Of a DNA stretch of 64,000 nucleotides, positions 24,495 through 36,045 are shown piece by piece. This stretch comes from Nemertoderma westbladi (lineage: Eukaryota; Animalia; Xenacoelomorpha), in assembly GCA_032718475.1 (NCBI GenBank), contig JAUCBJ010008087.1:1-64000 (forward strand), written 5' to 3'. Position 1 is the first letter of the stretch. The number at the start of each line of letters is the position of its first letter. Made by a program: the position numbers and the translations under genes. Under the pieces are notes generated by a model, which did no database searches, was not told the origin of the DNA, and worked only from the letters and a program-made list of their open reading frames with translations.

Positions 24495-26109
24495 TACGTC
24501 TGGAGTGGGCGCATGACTATATTATTTTATCTATTTTATTATATTTTATACGTGAACATTATTATGTACTTTATTATAATCGTTTTTATTCAATTTTATT
24601 TAGTAGAATGTTATTTTAGATTATTTAGTAGGTTAGTGCAATATATTAGTGTTTATTACGTAATTACCTATATATAATATATATTTAGTGTGAAGGCGAG
24701 AAATAATTTTTCTCTTTCCTTACTGTCCGTATCATATTATAAATACGTGACTACAGTAAGATGAAATGTCCGTGCTTATTAAAGTACAATAAAGCCCCTA
24801 CTATATTTAAGTATTATTGGTAGGCAGAGTATTAGGAATGCAAAGTTCAGATCCTCGTGTCTCGGCTAAACCAAGCTCTGGGTAGACCTTGGAAACGACT
24901 TGCCTCTTCACACTGACATTGCTTCGTGCGATATTGCTCTTCTACCTTATATTAAATAATACATATAGTAGCGTGATGTCCATATAACAGTAGCGTAAAA
25001 CGCAAATAAATCTGTTAAACCTTTTGACCATCTGTAATTCTAGTCGATTAAGATATCGCGGCACCCACCAATATACTTGAAAGACAAATTCTAGAATCAG
25101 TGGTTAACGTCCCCAGACAAGTTCTGGAATAAATCGGTGCCCATCTTAAATATTAATTTAATATTTATTAAAATCTGTAAAATTCAGATCCTTTAAAATT
25201 TCTAGTCAATTAAGATATCGCAGCACTTACAGAAACTCTTAAAAGACAATTTTCATATAATTAAGGATCCTATGTCCCCAGACCTGCTCTGGAATCAAAT
25301 TGTGTCAATTGTACTATCAAATAATAAAATTCACGGGAATAAATTTAAATTCATATTTTAAATGAATTTCATAAATTGTCATTTTGTGCAATTTATAACA
25401 TTCCCAAAATTCCATTAATTAATAGATCATGGGAGCGGAGATTCATCCTATTGAGTGTATTAGAGTGCGAGAATCTCCAACATATAGTCAATAGCTGATA
25501 AAATTAATAAAATCATGTATAAAGAGGATATTGACAATTAAAGAATTACTATTAAATAGCATTCCAGATCTGTATGCATGAGAATTACCCTAATTCTACC
25601 GCTAGCTTTCCATAATGTCACCATAGCAACACCCACGCTAGAATTAGAAGCAAGTTAAAAGAACAATAGAAAGCTTGTCACATTGCATAGCATAGAGAAT
25701 ACATAGCATACTGTTAGTATCCAAAGATACACAGTAATAACGTGACATTCTGGAAGGCACTGACTAACGGACAAATGGCCTGTATGTGTACAGTTGTGTG
25801 GAATTTGTGCGTTTATAGGTGAATGTTACTGCTAAAGTATGTTTACAGTAGCTAGTCGCAATTGTGAAAGTAGCCCAACTCTCCTATAGAAAGAACCTAA
25901 AGTGGATTCAAGCCTTTGGGACGGACAGTGGAGTGACTTGTGCCGGTTATCGTTGTCGTGCTGTTGCTACATGTTGGCGTAAACACCGCGACGACGGTAC
26001 ATCGGCGCTGAGGATCTTGCACTGTCTGGGGGCAAAGAGGGGTAGGCAGCGACGCCCGCTAGCCTAAAATATAAACTCATTACAATATTAATAAACTCAG
26101 ATAGCAGAT

Positions 26110-26835
26110 ATGACGGAGTTGATAGAAGATGATCTTGGTATCAGGGAGCGATATACTCTACCTTTACAAGCATTTGTGGATAGCTTGATACGCGGTGAAG
26201 CCGATCCAACCATTACGGAGGACGATGGTCGTTATATCGAACCGCCGATGTCCCAAGAGCAACTTACGCGTGAATTGGACTATCGAAAATTCACCGCTCG
26301 CTATACGCATCGTAATGGTACGTATATGGACTTCCTAACTACTGGCCATCCTATCGATTTACATGATACGGACGATGTAGACACCGAAAGGGAAATGGTT
26401 CTATTTAAATATCATACCCAGCGGCGTCGTAACGATAAACCGAGAATAGATCACGAAAATTCTATTCGTAACAGACTGGGAAGACGAACCAATATGCCTA
26501 GAATCTGAGGAGATTCAGCCTATCGCGCCCGGAACAGCGACAACGATTACATCCTAGAATGGTATCAAGGTCCACAGTGTCTCACTGCGTACGATTATCG
26601 CCATGCCAACTATGTTTCTCGGCAACGTTGTCGGTTATGCGCATCGAGAGACCATGTTACGCCCATGGACACAAACGTCCGCTGTTCCTATTTCCACGAA
26701 CAACCGGCGATGGAAATTTATTGCGCGTATTGCAGATTTAATAATTTGCACATTTTTGCGGTTTGCCCTCAATTTATGACTCAATGTCACCATTGTCAAC
26801 TAAAGGGACACGCCAGTTTCGATTGCCCTTTTTAA
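26110..26835 (+). CDS. Accessory ORF of the BEL/Pao element with three C-terminal CCHC knuckles, interrupted by one in-frame TGA (26506-26508)
   Basis: Manual translation past the TGA stays open for 108 codons and gives CRLCASRDH...C, CAYCRFNNLHIFAVC and CHHCQLKGHASFDC. Confidence 0.8.
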
Positions 26836-26860
26836 TCACGATTTGGAAAGCATAGATGAA

Positions 26861-27145
26861 ATGATCACACTACGTTACATCAGAGCTTGGGAAGCGAACG
26901 CTGATTTACATTGTGATTCGCGCCATCGTTATTATCCTGGACGCGCTTACGAAGGAATTTATGCGTTCCATCCTTATCTATTCGCTTCTGTCGAGCAGAA
27001 ATCACGCATATCGAGTTACGAACTACTGAAGCGCGTCGGAGAATGTATTTCAACCAAGTTCGTACGCAAATTTCTCAGGAGTGTTAATCCTAGCGACCTT
27101 CATTCCTATAACTTAATCAATTATATCCATCAGGATCCGGACTAG
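26861..27145 (+). CDS. Second small accessory ORF (94 aa), function unknown
   Basis: ATG at 26861, directly after the knuckle ORF, in a region richer in GC than the spacer upstream. No recognisable motif. Confidence 0.4.
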   Translation: MITLRYIRAWEANADLHCDSRHRYYPGRAYEGIYAFHPYLFASVEQKSRISSYELLKRVGECISTKFVRKFLRSVNPSDLHSYNLINYIHQDPD

Positions 27146-27180
27146 GAGACTTATTTGTTAACTCACACCCCGAGTTACAG

Positions 27181-27540
27181 GAAGTATACCGAGCCCGCGA
27201 ACGCGAGTTGGAAAGAACCATTAAACCCCGGAGGTTTCTAACTGCCTATGGTCCACCCACGGCTCTCGTTCAGACCACTCGTAAAGGACCCGTAAGAGCG
27301 GCTGTCTTAAAACGCGCTCTCAAAGCCGTTAGACCCCTCTCCCCCGACGTTGATGTCAATCAACCCGGCACTTCGACTGGCAGATACACCGACCATAATC
27401 CTACACCCTCTGATGCAATTATATTGCACCCTTCACCCAGGAGTTATAGCCCTCCTTGTAAAGTGGCTTGCCCCAAAGAGAAAAGGACTCTGGTCAGCTT
27501 TAAAAAACTGCGTAAACGCCGTCCGCGCAAGAAAGACTAA
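27181..27540 (+). CDS. Candidate spliced accessory exon encoding a basic, Pro-rich segment ending KKLRKRRPRKKD
   Basis: No ATG. Preceded by taactcac...ttacAG (27180). A second copy at 29075-29452 differs by an in-frame 18-bp indel. Confidence 0.5.
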   Translation, partial: EVYRARERELERTIKPRRFLTAYGPPTALVQTTRKGPVRAAVLKRALKAVRPLSPDVDVNQPGTSTGRYTDHNPTPSDAIILHPSPRSYSPPCKVACPKEKRTLVSFKKLRKRRPRKKD

Positions 27541-27618
27541 CTGTTTAGAGTATTTACATATATTAGAAACTGTGATTTTTGTATATTTATAAACTTGAAT
27601 CCCATTTTCTGGGAGCGG

Positions 27619-28739
27619 TGTAAAAGCTTTTGCGGATATAATCAGTCCCCCTCGCCCGCAAGGTACCGTTATAGCTGTTTTAATGGACATAAAAGTCATT
27701 CTTCTATATGTGTGCTTTGGCGGACATGGTAAGGCAAAAAACCCGCAATGCGTCAAATACCCTGGCACAGCTTAGCCTTGATGATTCAGATTACGACATC
27801 TAACAGCTGGTTGCTGACATGGAAACGGCCATTGGACACATGGTTCTTTGTTTAGCTTAACAGCCAATCAGAGCGATTTTTTCTGTCGATGTGGAGATAT
27901 TTAGCAGATCGTGCTAGGAGTGTTCAGTCTTACTGTTTTTCTTGATACTGTTGTGTTGTTTCTATCTAGGCCAGGAACACCGGCTCTAGAGTCAATTCGT
28001 TTCAGACTTTAGAAGAAACATTAGTAGGCTTAGATTATAGAGCGTATAACTGTTATCGGTCTAGTACAATCAGTGCAATCAGCAGTAGTCTTATATCACT
28101 GCAACATACATTATTATACTGCTTTTTACTGTTGTGTTATGGTTGAATATTATTATCTGGAGAACATCTATAAAGAACCCAAATTTCCCAATTTTCTTGA
28201 TACACTACAGGTTAGAGAGACGGGTTACATATAGCGATTGCGACTTATATTATTGTGGTTTGTAGTGAATTTAATGCTATTTGATAAGCACTACATGAGT
28301 CAGTTGCTGTTCTCTTTATATATGATAAAATTCATTGACGGTCGGCAGATTAGTGTGCAGCATTGTGTGTTAACGGTAGTGTGCATGATTGTGAATGATA
28401 ACTAAGCATTTCCTAAAGAATGCGCCTCATACGTGAATCATAAGCCTTACCGACTTACCGTTGTGTTTAGTATAAATCATATCTCTGTTTACCTAGATAG
28501 AGCGCCACGTCCTAAAGGAACTGTTAATATTTCCCGAAAGTGAATAATATTGGTCAGAAATTATTTATTAACGATCAATCGAATAATACAGTAAGCTTAC
28601 ACTGCAATAACAATCTAAGCCCTCCGAATCCAGTCTCCCGGGTATATCCAGCGGGTGAATGGACGCGCACTAGGCTGGCTTCGGCTAATGTTGTGTTTAT
28701 TGGTATTAAATACTTGTCATTTTCTAAAGTCTATTTATA
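27619..28739 (+). repeat. Internal third LTR of a different subtype, 3'-truncated
   Basis: Preceded by GGGAGCGG and starts TGTAAAAGCTTTTG. Different sequence to about 27945, then largely matches the terminal LTRs until ctatttata. Confidence 0.88.
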
Positions 28740-29068
28740 CGGTTGAATGGTGATATTAGGTGTCCGCGTCCCAATACGGCTAGGTAAGATGGGCGGCTAG
28801 CTAGAGCTCGCTGCCAGAGTGTTACCGATTAATTGTTAGGGTAGCACTAGATCTTTGAACAGTGAATACAGCTCGTGAGGATCTGGGATACCATCAGAAT
28901 CGAAAGTCTGAGGTCTAATCAAGGAACGAGGTGGTCTGACCGAGTATTCCGGAACTATGATCGTAGGTTTACTCAAGGATCGTCTGAGTCGAGCGAGCGT
29001 AGGTGATATGTCGAACAAGTTTCGGAATACTCGGTCAGACCACCTCGTTCCTTGATTAGACCTCAGAC

Positions 29069-29530
29069 TTACAGGAAGTATATCGACGGCCTTACGAATA
29101 CCGAGCCCGCGAACGCGAGTTGGAAAGAACCATTAAACCCCGGAGGTTTCTAACTGCCTATGGTCCACCCACGGCTCTCGTTCAGACCACTCGTAAAGGA
29201 CCCGTAAGAGCGGCTGTCTTAAAACGAGCTCTCAAAGCCGTTAGACCCCTCTCCCCCGACGTTGATGTCAATCAACCCGGCACTTCGACTGGCGGATACA
29301 CCGACCATAACCCTACACCCTCTGATGCAATTATATTGCACCCTTCACCCAGGAGTTATAGCCCTCCTTGTAAAGTGGCTCGCCCCAAAGAGAAAAGGAC
29401 TCTGGCCAGCTTTAAAAAACTGCGTAAACGCCGTCCGCGCAAGAAAGACTAACTGTTTAGAGTATTTACGTATATTAGAAACTGTGATTTTTGTATATTT
29501 ATAGACTCAAATCCCATTTTCTGGGAGCAG
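29069..29530 (+). repeat. Duplicate of the 3' internal segment (27175-27618), including the basic ORF and purine tract
   Basis: Near-identical sequence by eye; ORF 29120-29452 matches ORF 27208-27540. Confidence 0.93.
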
Positions 29531-30764
29531 TGTAAAAGCTTTTGTGGGATGTAACTGGCCCTTTTGCTTTGCAATCCAGTTCCCCCCCAGGCGCTGGAAT
29601 ACTCTAAAAAGCTCTCTAACTCGAATGATGCAAAGCGACCGGCTGATTGGCTGATTTGTTATACGACGGGCTATTTGCAATGTTCTATCGGCCAACCAGA
29701 GCTATAGCAGCAGAGTATGCAACCAGGGCAACCGAGCGGAGTGACTCATTTTGTGTGTTGGCCAAGGGCTGCAAAAATCCTGATAGTTCGGCATTTAGAT
29801 ATTCGTGGAACCTGTGGAATCTGGTGTTCTGCCAATGAGAGCTATTCCTCTCTGTGTAAAAAGATACCTGCAACGGTGTTAGAGTCAGAGAGTGTTTTTG
29901 TTACTGTTGTGTTGTTTCTATCTAGGCCAAGAACACCGGCTCTGGAGTCAATTGTTTCAGACTTTAGAAGAAACATTAGTAGGCTTAGATTATAGAACGT
30001 ATAACTGTTATCTCGCCATAATTATCAACTAACCAAACAATCATATCATATCTTAACCTACCGTCTTAATGCTATTTACTGTTGTTATTATTTGTATCAG
30101 TTGGTTGAATATTATTATTTGGAGAACATCTATAAAGAACCCAAATTTCCCAATTTTCTTGATACACTACAGGTTAGAGAGACAGGTTACATATAGCGAT
30201 TGCGACTTATATCATCGTGGTTTGTAGTGAGTTTAATGCTATTTGATAGGCACTACATGAGTCAATTGCTGTTCTCTTTATATATGATAAAATTCATTGA
30301 CGGTCGGCAGATTATTGTGCAGTATTGTGTGGTACCGGTAGTGTGCATGATTGTGGCTGATAACTAAGCATTTCCTAAAGAATGCGCCTCATACGTGAAT
30401 CATAAGCCTTACCGACTTACCGTTGTGTTTAGTACAAGTCATATCTCTGTTTACCTAGATAGAGCGCCACGTCCTAAAGGAACTGCTAATATTTCCCGAA
30501 AGTGAATAATATTGGTCAGAAATTATTTATTAACGATCAATCGAATAATACAGTAAGCTTACACTGCAATAACAATCTAAGCCCCATCCGAATCCAGTCT
30601 CCCGGGTATATCCAGCGGGTGAATGGACGCGCACTAGGCTGGCTTCGGCTAATGTTGTGTTTATTGGTATTAAATCCTTGTCATTTTCTAAAGTCTATTT
30701 ATAAACCAAAAGACATATAAATTTTGGCAGGTTAAACTGCTAAAGGTCTTCAAAAGCGCGTACA
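29531..30764 (+). repeat. 3' LTR (1234 bp)
   Basis: Matches the 5' LTR and ends AAAGCGCGTACA. Confidence 0.95.
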
Positions 30765-30948
30765 GTCGGGATCCCACGCCAACCAGGATCCCGTCACACA
30801 CAAATACAGTACAATCTTTAAATAAAATAATATAATAGTTTACAAGGAACACAAACAACCTAAATAAAGTTGGCTCAGAGTATATTATTTGATTTTGTAC
30901 TATTTCCTTAGAATCACTCCAAGTGTACTGGCAACAATGATCACAAGC

Positions 30949-31503
30949 CTATGGCACCGTAGCAGTAAAGATTGAGCTACTCCAATCAACTTCCCCATCT
31001 GCTCCGAGAGGATTATTCTCCCAAATAGTATCACAGGCTCCATCGCAGCATTGTGACTGACAGGCCACCTGGGGATCTTCTACCGTATTCTTGAATGCAT
31101 TTACAATGTCCGCCATCATGTTTGCCATAACGTTTCCATCGTCTTCATCATCATCTTTACTAACACATTCATCCTCAGATATTGATTTACACTGATCCAT
31201 CAACACATCTTCCCTCAAACACCCTACCATTCCCACATTCATGAGTATGTTGGCATCTACTTCCTTCATCTTCCCCCCTACTAGAGTCGACATTGTCATG
31301 CACTTCGCGCAATCTTCTGTAATTACCTTCGGTACTCCATCAGAAAGCGATTTGACCACCAGATCTTGAATTTTCTGTATTTGGGAATTGTCAGATTTTA
31401 TTACAAAAGTTAAACCTTCTTCACAAGTTGCGCCTTCACAAACTGAGTTAACGAAGATAACACAAAGACACACCACCACATGTATTAACTTGGGGTTATC
31501 CAT
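30949..31503 (-). CDS. Secreted cysteine-rich protein (184 aa), possibly a distant Ly6/three-finger-like fold
   Basis: Hydrophobic signal peptide, 10 Cys in the mature part ending C-x3-CC-x3-C, and a close paralog 2.7 kb away. Confidence 0.8.
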   Translation of the reverse strand: MDNPKLIHVVVCLCVIFVNSVCEGATCEEGLTFVIKSDNSQIQKIQDLVVKSLSDGVPKVITEDCAKCMTMSTLVGGKMKEVDANILMNVGMVGCLREDVLMDQCKSISEDECVSKDDDEDDGNVMANMMADIVNAFKNTVEDPQVACQSQCCDGACDTIWENNPLGADGEVDWSSSIFTATVP

Positions 31504-31644
31504 TCTTGTAAGGTGTTATGTGGAATATTTAATTCTTTATACAGTAAATTATTTTTGCTATTAGATTAAATAGGGTGAAATACAGTATTATTTGGAACCT
31601 ATTAATAATTATCTTTGATAAATACTACAGTAATTAAAAAATAT

Positions 31645-32500
31645 GAGATGCTACCCATAGAAACAGGGGACTTTACACCTGCCGAACTCCAGAGAAGCAT
31701 TAAAAGCATTTCCAATCATAAAGTGAGTGGATTAGATGAAATCCCTGCAGAGAGGTATGGAAAACAGGAGCCCTAACCAAAGCATTATTGGATGTTTGCA
31801 ACCGGATGCTAAAAGGGGAAATTCCACCACGAATTTGGACTAAAGGTCAACGAAAGCCTCTCCCCAAGAAAGGAAACCTCGGTGTACCAACAAACTATCG
31901 TGGGATCTGTCTTCCTGAAGTACAGTGGCTGCCAAAATATACAACAAAATTATTCTTAATAGAATTAGACCTCACATAGAGAAACTTCTTCGTTAAGATT
32001 CAAAATGGATTTCGACAAAATAGATCAACAATAGCTCAGATATTTGCACTTCGGAGACTACTATAGTTAAGGGAATTAATTAAGTTAAGAAAACCTTCCC
32101 TCAGTCCTGACCTTTGTGGATTTTCAAGAAATCATTTGAATCCATCTATATAGATAAAATTCTCGAAATCCAAAGAGTTTATGGAATACCAGAAGTAATC
32201 GACGCTGACATTGTGTTGTTATATTGTAACACAGAAGCTCAGGTAATCTTACCAGATGGTGAGACTGAGTCATTCTCCGTTATGGCTGGCGACTGCAAGG
32301 AGACACGTAGGCGCCATTACTATTCTTAAATGTAATCTGGATTACGCAATAAGGACGGCCAAAAGGGTGAAAATAATACAATCACAGACACCGACTTTAA
32401 GATGACATTGCCCTGTTTTCTAATACGCTAGCTGGTGCACAACTTATGTTGAATAAGGTGGAAAAGGCTGATAAAGTGGTTGAATTGCAGATTCAATTCC
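31645..32500 (+). mobile_element. Old RTE-clade LINE fragment (RT region)
   Basis: Broken frames with PLPKKGNL, NYRGI, YGIP and PDGETE, plus a DTDF.DDIAL-like motif near 32390-32415. Confidence 0.85.
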
Positions 32501-33712
32501 AATAAAGTAAAATCGTTGTCGCAGACATCAAAAGAAGAGACAGTTAAGTAGACCAATGAGTTGTAACATTTTTAAAGTATTGTAAGTTACTTTCTAAAAT
32601 ATGTTAAAAATGTTTTATTGATCAGAGAATGCTCCAATTACCTCCTATTTATATACATTAGACAAAGGCCATTACTAAGTAGCCTACCTATTGAAATCAA
32701 TAGAGACTCACTAAGTCAATTAACGTAGGCAATTTATATAACCTATTATAGGACAAATGTAGCAATTATAGGAGAAATGTAGCAAATACTACATAGGGAA
32801 CTACCCTGGTATAGCTAGTATTTAAATTATCATTTATTATTACAAACTTATGATTTGATTACATGATAATAATTATTGTTAAGAAAGTAACATGCCGACC
32901 CCGACACTACTACTCTACTACTGCATCCGTTACATACAGACTGCTGTCTGATGACGCATTCTACGACGTTAAGCCAATCATATATAAATATTACAATAAT
33001 TTTTACATGCTCTGTAATTGTGTGTTGAAGGGGACCACGTTTCATATTCGCCTTATACTTGTACTGTCTGGAGAGATCAACTAAAGAGGACTAAAGTTTT
33101 CACTTCACGATTGTCAGCCCTCTGGCGTCAGCCAATTAGGAGACCAACCCAATTCTATAACGTATCGAACGAGGGTTTATAATAAAATTAATCTAAATTA
33201 TATATAACTGAACAACGGGGGGATGCAAACGCGAGCGAATCTAGCTCGGAAAAAACTATTTAAACTTTTGTTTTTTCTGTAGCGTATTTTTTCCTAATGT
33301 GGTAAACCATAATAACAAAAGCAGTAACCTACAGTATATCGCAGACTGACCTTTCAATTCTGTATGTGTTAAAACAAGATGTCCTTACTCAAAGATCCTT
33401 CATTTTCTGCTTACATTTTGTGTTATTACATCATATTATGTAGCACCCATGTGAAGTATACCAGGTTTTCAATTCAGTATACATGTATGAAGAATTTGTA
33501 TTTTTGCAAACACAAACTACTTATGAATGAAGTATAATAAAACTAATCTGATACAAGTACAGTAGATAGGGTCATTAAATATAATATTGTAACAGTTTAA
33601 AATGAACACAAACAACATGAATAAAGTTTGCTTAGAGTATATTATTTGATTTGGTACTAGTTCCGGAGAATCACTCCAAGTGTTAAGTGTACAGGTAACA
33701 ATGATCACAAGC

Positions 33713-34261
33713 CTATGGCGCCGTATCAGTAAAGAATGCGCTACTCCAATCAACTTCCCCATTCGCTCCGAGAGGATTATTCTCCCAATTAGTATCACAG
33801 GCTCCATCGCAGCATTGCAACTGGCAGGCCACCAGGGGCACTTCTATCGTACTTTTTAAAGCATTTGCAACACCCACCATCGCACTCGCCATAACGTTTG
33901 CAACATCTGTATCATCATCTTCACCAGCACATTCAGCCTCAGATATTGATTTACACTGACCCTTCAACACATCTGTCACACACATAACAAATCCCATATT
34001 CATGAGTAAGTTGGCATCTACTTCCTTCATCTTCCCCCCTACTAGAGTCGACATTGTCATGCACTACGCGCAATCTTCTTTAGTTACCTTCGGTACTGCA
34101 TCAGAAAGCGATTTAACCACCTGATCTTGAATTTCCTGTATTTGGGAATTGTCAGATTTTATTACAAAAGTTAAACCTTCTTCACAAGTTATGCCTTCAC
34201 AAACTGAGTTAACGAAGATAACACAAAGACATACCACGATTAATAACTTGAGGTTATCCAT
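33713..34261 (-). pseudogene. Paralog of the 30949-31503 gene with a premature TAG (Lys AAG to TAG at 34064-34066)
   Basis: ORFs 34064-34261 and 33713-34060 are in frame and align to the intact copy (EDCAKCMT versus EDCA*CMT). Confidence 0.88.
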
Positions 34262-35199
34262 TCTTGTGAAGGAAATCTTAATTATTGATATAATTGTGAA
34301 ATACCATAAAATTGGGAGCTTAAAGTAGTTGCAGTATCTTTAATAGAATCTACAATATATAATAATAAAAAATGTATGGTTTTTGTTAACCAGCCTACCT
34401 CCCCAAGCCGGGTTTCTCCAGCCTAGCCAAAATTGTATTATTGACTAACATGTTAAATTACGCAAATTGTTAAAAATTTAAAAATAAATTAATGGGTACT
34501 ATATCTCCACTTCATAACAAATAGCCCCTTGAAAACGGTATGGGGGGGGGGGGGGGGGGGGGGGTAGTGGCAAATACAACCAAACGTTCTGATTGGTTAG
34601 TTTTCCGTGATTGTGTGTCCTCGATTCTCTAGAGCCATTATAAGGAGGAAGGGGGGGGGGGGGGGGGGGGGGTGGTGATAATTATTAGAACCGTTCCTAT
34701 GAATGGATTTCATGTACAGTAGGCCTATGAAAAGGAACGAAGGCGGGTATTGTTGTGAATAATTGGTAGCTATGATGAATGAGAAGGGGCACAATGGGCT
34801 CATGGTTAGGCCATGTTACTTACAAATAGAAATATGGTCCTGGTCCGGTTACATACAATGCCACCACTCTAACAATGGGCTCACTCAATAACAATATAGT
34901 GTTAAAGGGGATTAAGGGATGTCTATACACTCTATCTACCTTTTGGTTGTAAAAGTCTCACTTATTAAGGGCGACATTAATTGCTACTGTTTAGTAAACC
35001 TTTGTAGTCTGACAGCTACGGAGCCTCGTATGGGAAAGGCAAAAAATATTTATTAAATATTTAATTATTAAATAATTATTTAATAAATATATATTGTACT
35101 TAAAGTAGAACTACGCCCTATATATGTGAACTACGCACTATATATGCCCTATATATGTGAACTACGCACTATATATGCATATATAGAACTACGCACTAT

Positions 35200-35415
35200 A
35201 TATGTGAAGAATACCAGGATTTCATTTTTCGGTCGACTTTTTATTGGAATTTTATATATGAAGATTTTTTATTTTTTTTATATATCTTTATTTAGTGTTT
35301 TATAGTCTTTTCAGTCTTATAACCTGTACCTATACTAATTCGTTTATTGTTTTGGTTAGATTCAGCCCTTCTGTAACCTGTGGTCTTGGTGAAAACCTGG
35401 TATTCTTCGCATGGG
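35200..35415. mobile_element. Small MITE with (CCC)ATGTGAAGAATACCAGG-type TIRs; related ends at about 5560-5586, 33446-33470 and 35445-35468
   Basis: Inverted termini and shared internal sequence with 5500-5586. No TSD resolved. Confidence 0.55.
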
Positions 35416-36045
35416 GGTAACTGCAAAGTGAAATATAACGGCAGAAAATCTGGTATTCTTAACATGGGCCTTGTACTATATATTCAGTGCAAATATGCTG
35501 TATAATATAAAAGGAATTTTAGTAAAAAAAATCCTTACCGGTAGATACAGCAAGGACACGAGGCGTTAAAGTCTATACAAATCAATCCAGGTTTCAGCCA
35601 ATCACAAAGGAGATGACGTAGGGCCTATTACAAATGAATGTGGATTGATTTGTATAGACTTTAATGACCACCCATGTTCTGTTAGAATCTATACATTTCA
35701 ATTATTTTCATTTAAATACTGCTTTCCCACTACTATTTCCCATAATAGTACTAAAGTAAGTAAGATGGTCTCCAGTGTATAATTGTTTGTTGTGTGAAGG
35801 TCAGCACACCAGTCTGCCAGTACACACAGTAGGCAGGAGAGGATTGGAATACTGATCGCATATATATGGCAGGGTACTGTGTGTATGTAGTTACTGTAGG
35901 AGCTGTATTGAGAGCAATATTATTTAATATTAAGAGTGAGGGTCCATGACCTACACTATATACAGTAGTACTGTAGGTCATGGAAGAACTCTACAGTAGG
36001 TATCCCAACCAGTATACTGTTACTGTTAGGCCTTAGCGCCTAGCC

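Larger units (their letters stand above)
12802..30764 (+). mobile_element. BEL/Pao (Belpaoviridae) LTR retrotransposon, about 18 kb
   Basis: Near-identical terminal LTRs (TGTAAA...GTACA). Gag-PR-RT-RH-IN order with BEL-type motifs. Short purine tract GGGAGCAG before the 3' LTR. Confidence 0.96.
12241..30798 (+). mobile_element. Probable solo LTR of about 595 bp (12241-12801 plus 30765-30798), split by the BEL/Pao insertion
   Basis: Starts TGTTAGCGGATCC and ends GGATCCCGTCACA (10/13 inverted match). Flanks are CGCAA (12236-12240) and CACAA (30799-30803). TATA-like run near 12554. Confidence 0.55.

Noticed and set aside
26824-26845. +1 frameshift at CCT TTT TAA joining two accessory ORFs
   Set aside because: The downstream ORF has its own ATG at 26861 and nothing else supports it.
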